Positions 47,969 to 57,905 are shown, counted from the first letter of the stretch. The stretch is 64,000 nucleotides of DNA from Prevotella sp. (GCA_017524385.1 JAFWSS010000005.1:10195-74194), one strand, 5' to 3'. Notes: generated by a model not told the origin, from the sequence alone. A program made the numbers and translations.

Positions 47969-50900
47969 TCAGAAAGAGTCTTGGTATGAACCTTTTGTCT
48001 TGCAATACTCCATAAGTTGTGCAAACAGTTTGACACGCTGCAACAACCGAGGGTCTCCCACCAGAACCAACTGTTCCTTCGCCCTGGTAAGTGCGACATT
48101 CAACTTACGGTCTATCACCTGCCCGTCCTCCATGAAAACATTGGCTGTGAGGAAATCGAGTTGCCAGGGTTTCTGCACCGTGAAGCCATAGATGATGACA
48201 TCGCGCTGGCTTCCCTGGAATCTTTCCACTGTGTCGATGGAAACCTCCATCAACTCCGGGATGTCGTATTTTTCCAATTGTCGCATGATGGTGGCTATCT
48301 GATGACGATATGGCACTATGACACCCACAGTCTCCTCGGGGTCGAATGTCCGACCATTACCCCTGTCGTAGAGGCAATAGACGGCATGCACCATTCTTGC
48401 TATCACCATCGCCTCAGCCTCATTGACCTTCTCCATTCCCACTTTCGACTCCCCATGGGAAGCGATGAAAAGCAAACGGTTGGATGCCAATAGCCTTTGG
48501 GCGGCATCATCCATGTCGACATGGTTGAAAGACAAGGCTTTTCTCTGATGTTGCAACGGCACCTCGTCAAGCATACCCTTGTAGAATGCCATATTGGCAA
48601 ATCCTGCCACATCATGGTGCATCCTCCCTTGCAGGGTGAAATGATACACCAGGTCGTTTTGGCCTGCATTGGCTTTCAACAACCTTTCAAAAAGCGAGAA
48701 GCGGCAATCAAACAATCCGATATCACGGAGTTCTTTTTCCTCCACAACAGAATCATGCTCCGTCTGTTGCACCACGGCGGGCAGCTGCTTGTGGTCGCCA
48801 ATGAGGACGAACCGTCGTATGGCATCACCATTGCCATGTCTTGCACAGAGTATGCCCAGCAAATGTGGCTCAAGGATTTGGGAAGCCTCATCGACGATGG
48901 CGAGAGAGAAGGAACGCAGGACAAAAAGGTCGATGTTGGTGAGCATCGTGGAGGTGGTGGCCACCATCACCCTTGCTGTCTTTATCATGTTTTTCACTTC
49001 TTCCACTTTCCGGCATCGTTCCGCCCTCACACCCAGCAAGAAGGGATGGAAGTCCTCCGGACAAGTCATCGGGTTCCCCAACCTTAGGAAATCCATCTTT
49101 TTCTCCACCAACTTCGAGCAAATCTCATTCACCGCCCTGTTGGTATATGAGAGGAGCAACACACTACCGCCTTGCGCCAATTCCTCTTGCAACATGGCCA
49201 CCAATCCGATGGAGGTCTTGCCTGTTCCCGGTGGTCCAATGAGCAGGAAATAGTCTTTTGCCACAAGGAATCGACGGATGAGTTCTGCATCTGCTGGCTT
49301 GGTCAAGGCCACGGTTTGGCCATTATCACGCAGGGGTGCTCTCTGAGCCAACAGCAACTTGCGCCGTTCTGTTGTAGCAGAAAGGATGGATGCCACCGAA
49401 CGATACAGTGTGGAGAATGATGCCTCCATGAAATCATGCTCCACCGCCCATCTCATGGATTTGTCATTCAATTTGAACACAGACTCATTTTTCTGAGGTG
49501 CCTTGAGTTGAATGACAATGGAATGTGGCTCAAATTGGCGAACCGACCCCCTGATCACCATGGTGCGGGTGGGGGCAGGCAAGGCTCCCTCTTGATAGGA
49601 GTAAAGGACTACGGCATCAGCCACCCTGAAATTCGGAAGGCTCACCTCCATTTCCTCATCCATGCGAAGTGTCACTTCCGTGACACCCTCCTCGCCATCG
49701 TGCGACAAATGTCCTATGACAAGATTGTCGAGGATGTTGCCAGCCGACTTCTTCTCCCCTATTGAGGCATTCCACAATGAAGCCAATCCGCTGGCCTCGT
49801 TACCTGGAGTCCCCACTTTGGCTAGAATGTGTTCCTTTGCCACGAAAGTGAGCATCCGATAAAAATAACTCTTTGTCAGACTGTCGGCATTATGGATGGG
49901 GGAAAGGACACTGTCAAGTTTTGGTTTGACATTTCCATTCCAGAAATTCGCATTCATCTGCTTCTCCACAAGGCTTTCCGGTGTGAGCGATTCAAGCATT
50001 TGCCTTCCTTTGCCTTGAGCCAGTTCTGCCATCATGACCACCATGCGGTTTCTGATGGCAAAAGCCTCGAACAGCAGTTTGGGAGCCGGACCTTCCTTGA
50101 TTAGTCCGTTGGAATATTTGGAGTAGAGCAAGCAAGAGCCTATCTCTTGATTGGGAATGTCATATTCGTAACGCAACAATGCTTGATAAAGCAACACCTG
50201 CACATAATGCTTTTCTTGATGACCACCCCTCCAAAACATCTTTCCTGACTTTTGCTCCACCAAGACCTTCATATCGCTCTGCAACAAGTCCATTCGCCCT
50301 TGCAATCCCAGCATTTCAGAGAAGAAGGAGGGTTCGAGAAGCACTTCCTCCAAATCGAAACCTGTCACTTCGGGGAGTTGCTCCTTCACTATTTTGCAAA
50401 TGTTCTGCTGTTGCGCCTTGGCTTCATCATGGAACGTAGGTTCCAAATCTGTGCAGGTTGCCATTTTTATGGCCGATTGCTTGAAAAAAGCCATGACGCT
50501 CTTTTGGTATGGCAATGGTTCGGCACCGTTGTGGATGGCCTCGTCAAGCAGCTGCCCGGCAAAATTACCCAAGAGGATGGCTTGGCTGTTGGGAGACGGC
50601 GAAAGCATTTTGATAAGATGTGCCAGATGGGTGTTGGCATAAGTTTCGAAACATGCGGCGATGGACGAGACATTGATGAGCATGTCGGGCATCACGACGA
50701 GGAGTTGCGGGTGATAGACGCCGTCTTTCAGTGTCGGGCCTACCACATTGACTCTCGTCCCCTTTTGCACCAGTTTCAAAACATAGGAATAATCTCCGAA
50801 GTAGTGGTCTTTCTCCGAGCAACAGACGGCCACCTCCCTTGCATCATTGTCGATAGGTTGAAGAAACAGCGTGTCGCCTTCCATCCTTGTGACAACGCCC

Positions 50901-52249
50901 CTGATGCATTCGGCCGCCATTCCTTGCTGTTCCATTTTTGGAAAATCCGCCGGAAGGCGTTCGAGCAAATCGTTAGGCACGGGAACACGATAGACATTCC
51001 CAATGAAAAGGCACAATGCCTTCATGTCGTAAAGCCAATGGCTATCCAAGGCCACGACATCCTCCCTGCCTCTTCCCATTCCTCGGCATCTGAAAGCATT
51101 GACCCTCCGCAGTAGGCCATTGGAACATTTCATCTTGTGTGCGACATGGTCGAGTTTTGCAAACGGACCGGAAAAGACAAGAGTACTATCCTTCGTCTGC
51201 TGATCGAGCACCCTCATCAACAATCTGTATGCACCATCGTAGCGTGACAGCACATCCACATCGCCTGCCTTGTCGAGCAATAGCCGCGCATCTTCATAAC
51301 AAAAGTCAGCATAGGAGTCGGGAGAGGTCCCTATGGGAGACAGGGGGCGTGGTTGTGACGGATCCAAGAACTCACGTATCTCTTCCACCGATTGAGGCCT
51401 TTCTGCTTTATTAGGCGCCATCATCCATAAAATCAGTTGCTTCATCTGATCACTCAGGTCTGGGGGAAGAGGAATGGTTTTTTCCTTTGTAGGGGAAGGG
51501 TCGTGCAAGATATCAGCAGGTTCATTGGGCTCATACCCCGTGAGCATGGTGTAAATCGTTGCTCCAAGTGAGTAGAAATCCGACCAAGGTCCAATGTTTT
51601 CCACATTATTCCCAAGTTGCTCAAGAGGAGCATATCCAGGAGTATAGACGAACGTGGAAGACAATTTCGCTCCGCCTTCATGGGATGCATATTTGCTGGC
51701 ACCGAAGTCAACGAGCACGATGTTGCTACCATTCGGGGTCACCAAGATGTTCTCTGGTTTGATGTCCAGATGATAGAGTGGCGGAGTCTGGCCATGGATG
51801 AGTTCAAGTGCTTCCAACATTTGTTTGAGAACGACAAGCCTCACGGTATCTTCATCCAGCGGTTGTTGGTTGTGGTTAAGCCAGTCGCGCAGGCTTTGGC
51901 CCTCGACATAGTCCATCTCAATGTATGAAGTGTCGTTTTCATCGAAAAAGGCATAAACCGTGACGATATGCTTGTTGCGCAGTTGCGCCATTTTTTTTGC
52001 TTCCCCTATGAATTTTCTCCGTTGAGATTCAAACAATTCCTTATGAATCTCCAACGGGACTACAACCATCTTGTTGTCTTCTCCTCGTCCACAGGTGTTT
52101 TTCACGAACAATTCCTTGATGGCGACACGCCGGTCGAGTATTAAATTCTTGGCCTCATATGTGATGCCAAACCCGCCTTGCCCCAGTACCCTGATGATTT
52201 CATAGGTGTCGTTATGGAGCCTTGTGCCTGTTTTCAAAGCGTCTTGCAT
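47969..52249 (-). CDS. Ser/Thr protein kinase fused to a Dna2/Cas4-like nuclease and SF1 (Upf1/Dna2-type) helicase
   Basis: Kinase: LGQGGFG, VAIKE, HLDIKPEN, DFG, GYAPLEQ, DFYSLG. Nuclease: EPSF..GLQGRMD..VEQKSG..HYVQVLLY. Helicase: GPPGTGKT, TNRAV, DEASQ, GDHKQLP, QGRMH, TVERFQG, NVALTRAK. Likely ATG 52249. Confidence 0.9.
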   Translation of the reverse strand: MQDALKTGTRLHNDTYEIIRVLGQGGFGITYEAKNLILDRRVAIKELFVKNTCGRGEDNKMVVVPLEIHKELFESQRRKFIGEAKKMAQLRNKHIVTVYAFFDENDTSYIEMDYVEGQSLRDWLNHNQQPLDEDTVRLVVLKQMLEALELIHGQTPPLYHLDIKPENILVTPNGSNIVLVDFGASKYASHEGGAKLSSTFVYTPGYAPLEQLGNNVENIGPWSDFYSLGATIYTMLTGYEPNEPADILHDPSPTKEKTIPLPPDLSDQMKQLILWMMAPNKAERPQSVEEIREFLDPSQPRPLSPIGTSPDSYADFCYEDARLLLDKAGDVDVLSRYDGAYRLLMRVLDQQTKDSTLVFSGPFAKLDHVAHKMKCSNGLLRRVNAFRCRGMGRGREDVVALDSHWLYDMKALCLFIGNVYRVPVPNDLLERLPADFPKMEQQGMAAECIRGVVTRMEGDTLFLQPIDNDAREVAVCCSEKDHYFGDYSYVLKLVQKGTRVNVVGPTLKDGVYHPQLLVVMPDMLINVSSIAACFETYANTHLAHLIKMLSPSPNSQAILLGNFAGQLLDEAIHNGAEPLPYQKSVMAFFKQSAIKMATCTDLEPTFHDEAKAQQQNICKIVKEQLPEVTGFDLEEVLLEPSFFSEMLGLQGRMDLLQSDMKVLVEQKSGKMFWRGGHQEKHYVQVLLYQALLRYEYDIPNQEIGSCLLYSKYSNGLIKEGPAPKLLFEAFAIRNRMVVMMAELAQGKGRQMLESLTPESLVEKQMNANFWNGNVKPKLDSVLSPIHNADSLTKSYFYRMLTFVAKEHILAKVGTPGNEASGLASLWNASIGEKKSAGNILDNLVIGHLSHDGEEGVTEVTLRMDEEMEVSLPNFRVADAVVLYSYQEGALPAPTRTMVIRGSVRQFEPHSIVIQLKAPQKNESVFKLNDKSMRWAVEHDFMEASFSTLYRSVASILSATTERRKLLLAQRAPLRDNGQTVALTKPADAELIRRFLVAKDYFLLIGPPGTGKTSIGLVAMLQEELAQGGSVLLLSYTNRAVNEICSKLVEKKMDFLRLGNPMTCPEDFHPFLLGVRAERCRKVEEVKNMIKTARVMVATTSTMLTNIDLFVLRSFSLAIVDEASQILEPHLLGILCARHGNGDAIRRFVLIGDHKQLPAVVQQTEHDSVVEEKELRDIGLFDCRFSLFERLLKANAGQNDLVYHFTLQGRMHHDVAGFANMAFYKGMLDEVPLQHQRKALSFNHVDMDDAAQRLLASNRLLFIASHGESKVGMEKVNEAEAMVIARMVHAVYCLYDRGNGRTFDPEETVGVIVPYRHQIATIMRQLEKYDIPELMEVSIDTVERFQGSQRDVIIYGFTVQKPWQLDFLTANVFMEDGQVIDRKLNVALTRAKEQLVLVGDPRLLQRVKLFAQLMEYCKTKGSYQDSF

Positions 52250-52414
52250 AGGATTATGTTTGAGGAATAATGTATGAAATGGGGTTTTCGCCACCGGTGC
52301 ATCACCCGGAGAAGCCATTCTCATCCAACTTGATGACCAGCGTAATCAAGTTGTCAACCAAGGCTCACTGCGCAATGGCATAGCCTTGGTTGACTCCTAA
52401 AGATATTTCGCATT

Positions 52415-55400
52415 TCACCTGGCGGTGAGAATCATATCCACCATGAGCACCACGTCGGTGATATCCACACTCCCGTTTTGATTGATGTCGGCCCGCTCGG
52501 GATAAAGGGCGCGCGTGCTGTTTTCTATGACAATGGAAACAGCCAGCATCACGTCAGTGATGTCCAACTCTCCATCATCGTTCACGTCTCCCTTTACAAA
52601 GGGCGGGTCTTCAGGACCTTCATCACCGATGACCAATGCTGCATGGTCAACGTCGCCCATCACATGGAGCCAACCTCTGAAAGGTTGTACTTCAACTGCT
52701 TGTTCATGGTAAACAAACTTATTGTTCTCCACCACGAAACAATTTTCAAAACTATTCTGGCAATGGGTTCCCATGAGTGCATACTGTTCATTGATGGGCG
52801 TGGCGTAGTCTTGTAGCAAGGTTGGATACAATGTTTTCTTACCGCAAGAGAACTCCAGGACGGAACCGTTTTCCAAACTGTCGGTATTGATCAGATAAGT
52901 CTTGAATGCATCCATCTGCTCTACAAAGGCCAATCGAGTGGAATCACCCTCGATGCTCTCCAACTGCATCACACGCATCACCCCAAGCGAATCCTCCTCG
53001 CTCGTCTTCCATGCCACCTCTTCGCCATCCACAGTCACCTTGGTCGGGCTGAAAGGAAGGCAGATGGTGCTCCATCCATCTCTCTTTACTTCACGCACAT
53101 AGGCGATGTTTGTCATAAAGGACATCTCCGTGGGAATGAAATAGTCATACCCATCCGTAAGATACAAGTTGGACACCTTGTTGGAAGCTGGAATGCAATT
53201 ATAAGGTTTCCCGGAAACAGCATTCCTGCCAATCAGTCCCTTTGGATAAGTCTTGTCAAGAAGATAGATGGTGTTGGGATTGGCATTAGGAGTCACGTTA
53301 GAGCCATAAGCCCCCCTGAGGTTGATGGCCACGGCATCGTCAGGCACTTGCAAGACACTTGTTTTCAACATGGTCTTCACATCACCATCATTCGTCCAAT
53401 AAATAGCACCTTCGGCAACATTGAAGACTTCGGTGGACACCTCTTCAAGGCAATTCTCCCTTTTCTGATGGTGGGTCACCACTTGGTATTGGCTGTTGTA
53501 ATCGTTGATGGGAAAATCAAGGAAAAACACAGTGTCGGCCCCGGCTTTCAGGTTGACGTCCATGGAGTAAGAAGCCGTCATACGCCCCATCTTGTCCACC
53601 ATCGCAAAAACGACGGGTGTCTCTACGGTCTGCTGCGTTGGATTGGATACCGTGAACTTGCACATCACCCTGTTGCCTACAACAGCCAAACTATCCTCGC
53701 CGTAGTTGAGCACTTCGATTGTCTTGTCGAGAAGCGTTTCTTCGCCATCAGTCCTGTTGCAATAGAAATATTGCGTGTCATACTCATCGACAGAAAGATA
53801 ATAGGTATCATTGTCGATATCAAAAACTTGAGAACTGTCAACGTACAATTCAAAAGTCCTTCTTGAATTGGCATCCACCGACATGTTGTCGTAGGACACC
53901 ACAGAAATGGTGTTGTCTGCAGGGTTGAGTTTCCTCAAATATACAAGACCGTAGAAATCCTCGTCATGATTGTAGAAATCGAAATGCAAGAAGTCATCCT
54001 CCTTCGACACTTCTCCGACCACGAAACCGGCTTTGGGCATGGGGGTGAGAGTGGCTTGGAGTCTATCGATGACCACGTCGACGTAATTGCGCTCGGTGCC
54101 GCCCATGGGTTTCCATGAGTCGGAAGAGGATGGCTTGTATATGGCCTTGAGGGTATAATGCCCGGAATTGATGTTCCCACCGAAAACAAATCTGTATGCC
54201 TCATATTCTTTCTTTCCTCCAGGAGTGAGGCTGACTGTGTTGGATGTGGGCACCGCGACAAGCGTGCCATCGTCGCCGTAAAGCCCTAGACCGTATGACA
54301 ACCTTTTCGTCTCCTCGCAAGAGTTGACAAACGACTGTTTCAACGTCACCTCAAAACCATTGGCAATATCTTCACGATGATAATTCCTACCGTATTTCAA
54401 ACTGGGACGCGAGTATGCCACGAACGTTTCTTCCGGCATGACAAAATCGTCAACACCTGAAGTTTTGAGCCCTACAAGTGCTGTCTGGTTAAGACTGAGA
54501 TGGTAGTTCTTGATATTGTCACTCAGTCCTTCATCCGTGGCAAAGGCGACAGAAATCCTGAAATAGCCATTGCCTACGCCATACCATCCCCAATTGATAT
54601 GGTATAGTCCGTTGCCGTCATAACCGTCGCATACGAACGTATGCCCCTGCCCCAGGTTGGTATATGCGGTATAAATGACTGGTTGCCTCTTGAGAAGTTC
54701 GCCTACAAGAAGTTCATCCCAGCCTTGCTCGTCAAAAGACTGGCGATAGACATAGTGCATGGTGCTGGGATAATAGAAATAAAGCGGCAAACGCTCTGGA
54801 ATCTTATAGGTGAAGGCTCCCGAACCCGTCGGGGTGTAGTTCATGTCTGTTGCCTGGCCGCAATAAAGCATGAGCTTGGAAACCTCGTCGATGCTTTCCT
54901 GAGGGGAGTCCTCAGTCAATTCATCCGGCATTTTGTCCCAGTCAAACGTAGTGGACGGCAACGCCGGCATGGTGATAGTTGAATTCTGATACTTGAACGT
55001 GTACTTTGGTATGTTGGTCGTACTTTCTGTCGGATACCGATGGAATCTCATCACCTGTGCCAAAGCCGTGGCGGTGCAGCCTGTAGGACACAACTCACCA
55101 GACAAAACGGGACAAGCACTGTTGAAAGGAGCGCGCTGCCCCCATTTGGTGGTAAGCAAGGGTTCTATGACAGTGGTGGGATGTTGCACTGCCCTGACGG
55201 AAGCCATACCTGGCATGCGTGCACTGCCGGCCACCCCGTCAATCCATGCCTTGAGGTTTTCTGGCAATGCTGCATAATCAAATTCTCCTTCATCCGCATA
55301 GCCCATGATTTCCTCGTCCTCGCCATTTCCTGCCACAACGACAAAGCCTTTCTTGTCGCCCACGTTGAAAACGAAAAGGGGCGCATCTTCCTTCTCTCCA

Positions 55401-55555
55401 TCAGGGGAATAGGCCAGTTTCAAAGGCGTGAGGCCGATGTGTTTCTGTTGGATGAACGTTCTGGCCTTCTCTTTCGCCTTTCTCATTTTGATGGGATTGG
55501 CGAAAGAAAACTCTGCAACAAATAAAACGATGGTGAATATGACAAATTTCTTCAT
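52415..55555 (-). CDS. Secreted C10 (streptopain-family) cysteine peptidase with prodomain and C-terminal dockerin-like repeat
   Basis: GFVVVAG...IMGY prodomain; WGQ..PFN, TGCTATALAQ (Cys), GHTFVCDGYD, HINWGW; GDVNDDGELDITD...ADINQNGSVDITD. Confidence 0.9.
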   Translation of the reverse strand: MKKFVIFTIVLFVAEFSFANPIKMRKAKEKARTFIQQKHIGLTPLKLAYSPDGEKEDAPLFVFNVGDKKGFVVVAGNGEDEEIMGYADEGEFDYAALPENLKAWIDGVAGSARMPGMASVRAVQHPTTVIEPLLTTKWGQRAPFNSACPVLSGELCPTGCTATALAQVMRFHRYPTESTTNIPKYTFKYQNSTITMPALPSTTFDWDKMPDELTEDSPQESIDEVSKLMLYCGQATDMNYTPTGSGAFTYKIPERLPLYFYYPSTMHYVYRQSFDEQGWDELLVGELLKRQPVIYTAYTNLGQGHTFVCDGYDGNGLYHINWGWYGVGNGYFRISVAFATDEGLSDNIKNYHLSLNQTALVGLKTSGVDDFVMPEETFVAYSRPSLKYGRNYHREDIANGFEVTLKQSFVNSCEETKRLSYGLGLYGDDGTLVAVPTSNTVSLTPGGKKEYEAYRFVFGGNINSGHYTLKAIYKPSSSDSWKPMGGTERNYVDVVIDRLQATLTPMPKAGFVVGEVSKEDDFLHFDFYNHDEDFYGLVYLRKLNPADNTISVVSYDNMSVDANSRRTFELYVDSSQVFDIDNDTYYLSVDEYDTQYFYCNRTDGEETLLDKTIEVLNYGEDSLAVVGNRVMCKFTVSNPTQQTVETPVVFAMVDKMGRMTASYSMDVNLKAGADTVFFLDFPINDYNSQYQVVTHHQKRENCLEEVSTEVFNVAEGAIYWTNDGDVKTMLKTSVLQVPDDAVAINLRGAYGSNVTPNANPNTIYLLDKTYPKGLIGRNAVSGKPYNCIPASNKVSNLYLTDGYDYFIPTEMSFMTNIAYVREVKRDGWSTICLPFSPTKVTVDGEEVAWKTSEEDSLGVMRVMQLESIEGDSTRLAFVEQMDAFKTYLINTDSLENGSVLEFSCGKKTLYPTLLQDYATPINEQYALMGTHCQNSFENCFVVENNKFVYHEQAVEVQPFRGWLHVMGDVDHAALVIGDEGPEDPPFVKGDVNDDGELDITDVMLAVSIVIENSTRALYPERADINQNGSVDITDVVLMVDMILTAR

Positions 55556-55787
55556 TGACAACAAAAATGCAAATATGGCTGCAAAATTAGTGAAAAAAAT
55601 CCCAACAAAAGAAAATACACACCTTTCTTTATAAATATTAACTATTTGAACGAGAGTAGTAGCGATGCAACAACTGCCAAACCGCTACTTGCGAAAATAA
55701 TCATGCCGAAGCAAACAAGATATTCGTGACAAGAGAAGCCGGTTATTTTGTTATTAGGAAAAAAAGGACTACTTTTGTGGAAAAAAC

Positions 55788-56234
55788 ATGGAAGAGCGAC
55801 AAAAGAAAGACGAAGAATTCATGAGGAAAGCTTTGGCAGAGGCTGCCATGGCTGGCAAGGAAGGCGAGATCCCAATTGGCGCTGTCATCGTTTGCCAAGG
55901 CCGAGTCATTGCTCGCGCACACAACCTCACAGAACGACTCCACGACGTGACGGCCCATGCCGAGATGCAAGCCATCACATCCGCCGCCAACGAACTGCAA
56001 GGCAAATATCTCGATGATTGCACATTATATGTCACGGTGGAGCCATGTGTGATGTGCGCCGGCGCCATCGGTTGGGCTCACATCCGACGCATTGTCTATG
56101 GCACGCCTGACGATAAGCGCGGCTACCGCATCTTCGCCCCACATGCACTGCACCCAAAAGCCGCAGTCACCTCCGGAGTTCTCGAAGAGGAATGCCGTGA
56201 GATGATGCAGGCCTTTTTCAGAGAAAAGAGATAA
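55788..56234 (+). CDS. tadA: tRNA adenosine deaminase
   Basis: GEIPIGAV, TAHAE, TVEPCVMCAGA, FF..KR end; -7 box TACTTTTG at 55770-55777. Confidence 0.9.
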   Translation: MEERQKKDEEFMRKALAEAAMAGKEGEIPIGAVIVCQGRVIARAHNLTERLHDVTAHAEMQAITSAANELQGKYLDDCTLYVTVEPCVMCAGAIGWAHIRRIVYGTPDDKRGYRIFAPHALHPKAAVTSGVLEEECREMMQAFFREKR

Positions 56235-56351
56235 AAAACAAGGAAAAAGGCAAAAAACAACGTAAAAAGTTGCTAATAATAAAAAAAAAAACTATTTTTG
56301 CATCAAATGTGACTTCACCTCTATCGACATTCATCTAATCCATTCAATACT

Positions 56352-57905
56352 ATGACATTTACCATGATTATCCAGCTCCTCATCGTATTGGGAGCATTGT
56401 GGGTAGGCTCACGATACGGAAGCCTTGCCCTGGGAGCCATTTCTGGCATCGGACTGGCATTGCTGGTTTTCTGTTTCCATCTGAAACCCGGTACGCCGCC
56501 AACAGACGTGATTTACATCATCATCGCTGCCGTTACCTGCGCGGGCATCATGCAGGCATCAGGAGGCATGGACTGGTTGATTCAAATTGCTGAGAGGATG
56601 CTTAGGAAACACCCCGACCGCATCACCTTCCTTGCACCTCTCTGCACTTTCTTCCTCACCGTGCTGGTAGGTACGGGCCATGTGGTTTACACCTTGATGC
56701 CCATCATCTGCGACATCGCCTTGAAGAAAGGCATTCGCCCCGAGCGTCCTTGCGGTGTGGCCAGCATTGCTTCCCAGGTTGGTATCACCTGTTCACCCAT
56801 TGCCGCCGCTGTGGTGTCGTTTGTTGCCATTTCAAATGCCAACGGCTTCGACATCACCATCCCCCAAGTGCTGATGGTGAGCATCCCCGCCTGCATCTGT
56901 GGTTTGATGGCAGCAGCTGCTGCCTCTTACAAGCGTGGCAAGGATTTGGACAAGGACCCGGTTTTCCAACAAAAGATAAAAGACCCTGCCCAATATGAAT
57001 ACATTTACGGTGGCAATGCCACCACGCTTGACAAGAAGATTTCAGCTGATTCGAAACGTGCTGTTTACATTTTCTTTGGAGCGTTGTTGGTAATTGTTAC
57101 AATCAGCTTAGCATCTGTATTCAAAGTCAACCTCCTTCCTTCTTATCCTAAGACCGTGGCTGTAGACAATGCAAAGAGTGTGAAAATCAACGCTACAAGC
57201 ATTGACACTGCTCGCGTCGTCACCGTAACGGAGAATGGCGAAGAAATACACAAGCAAGAAATGGTGACGATACCCATCTCTCCGGCTGCCGAGTTGGATT
57301 TGAAAACCGACCAATTGGCGAAAGCTGGCATAGTTATAGAAAATGCGACTGAAAAGAAAGACCAACCCCTGGCTATGAATCTTGTCATCCAGATTGTGAT
57401 GATCTGTGCTGCAGCATTGATGATCATCTTCTGCAAGGCCAGTCCCAAGAAAGCTGTTGCCGGGCCTGTGTGGCAGAGCGGCATGGTGGCGGTTGTGGCT
57501 ATCTATGGCATTGCTTGGTTGGCAAACACCTACTTCGACAACTATATGGAGGAAATGAAGTTGATGCTGAGTGATTTGGTGACGGCATATCCATGGGCCA
57601 TTGCCTTTGCATTCTTCCTGGTATCCGTCCTCATCAACTCCCAGGGTGCTGTCGTGGTGACCATGCTGCCACTGGCCTATGCACTTGGCATACCCGGTCC
57701 CGTCCTGCTTGGCGTTTTGCCTTCGGTATATGGTTACTTCTTCATCCCCAACTATCCTAGCGACATTGCCACGGTGAACTTCGACCGCTCCGGCACCACG
57801 GTGATAGGCAAATACCTGTTGAACCACTCATTCATGATGCCTGGGTTGATTTGCGTGTTCACATCCACGATAGTGGCCTATCTGCTCTCGATGATGTTCA
57901 ATTGA
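56352..57905 (+). CDS. Anaerobic C4-dicarboxylate antiporter (DcuA/DcuB family)
   Basis: GTGH, IRPERP...ASQ.GIT.SP, NSQ, YPSD...FDRSGTT.IGKY..NHSF; -7 box at 56293-56300. Confidence 0.92.
   Translation: MTFTMIIQLLIVLGALWVGSRYGSLALGAISGIGLALLVFCFHLKPGTPPTDVIYIIIAAVTCAGIMQASGGMDWLIQIAERMLRKHPDRITFLAPLCTFFLTVLVGTGHVVYTLMPIICDIALKKGIRPERPCGVASIASQVGITCSPIAAAVVSFVAISNANGFDITIPQVLMVSIPACICGLMAAAAASYKRGKDLDKDPVFQQKIKDPAQYEYIYGGNATTLDKKISADSKRAVYIFFGALLVIVTISLASVFKVNLLPSYPKTVAVDNAKSVKINATSIDTARVVTVTENGEEIHKQEMVTIPISPAAELDLKTDQLAKAGIVIENATEKKDQPLAMNLVIQIVMICAAALMIIFCKASPKKAVAGPVWQSGMVAVVAIYGIAWLANTYFDNYMEEMKLMLSDLVTAYPWAIAFAFFLVSVLINSQGAVVVTMLPLAYALGIPGPVLLGVLPSVYGYFFIPNYPSDIATVNFDRSGTTVIGKYLLNHSFMMPGLICVFTSTIVAYLLSMMFN

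Noticed and set aside
42141-52249. FHA protein and kinase fusion as one signalling system
   Set aside because: They are on opposite strands, separated by five genes, and the FHA lacks key phosphothreonine-binding residues.
52353-52394. Similarity of this hairpin to the one at 20886-20926 (caaggc..cactg..caatggc..ccttg) as a REP-like family
   Set aside because: Only two loosely similar copies with different loops, which is too little to call a repeat family from this window.
56278-56291. Poly-A tract upstream of the dcu -7 box as a phase-variable promoter spacer
   Set aside because: A-rich tracts precede many promoters in this window, and length variation cannot be seen without reads.
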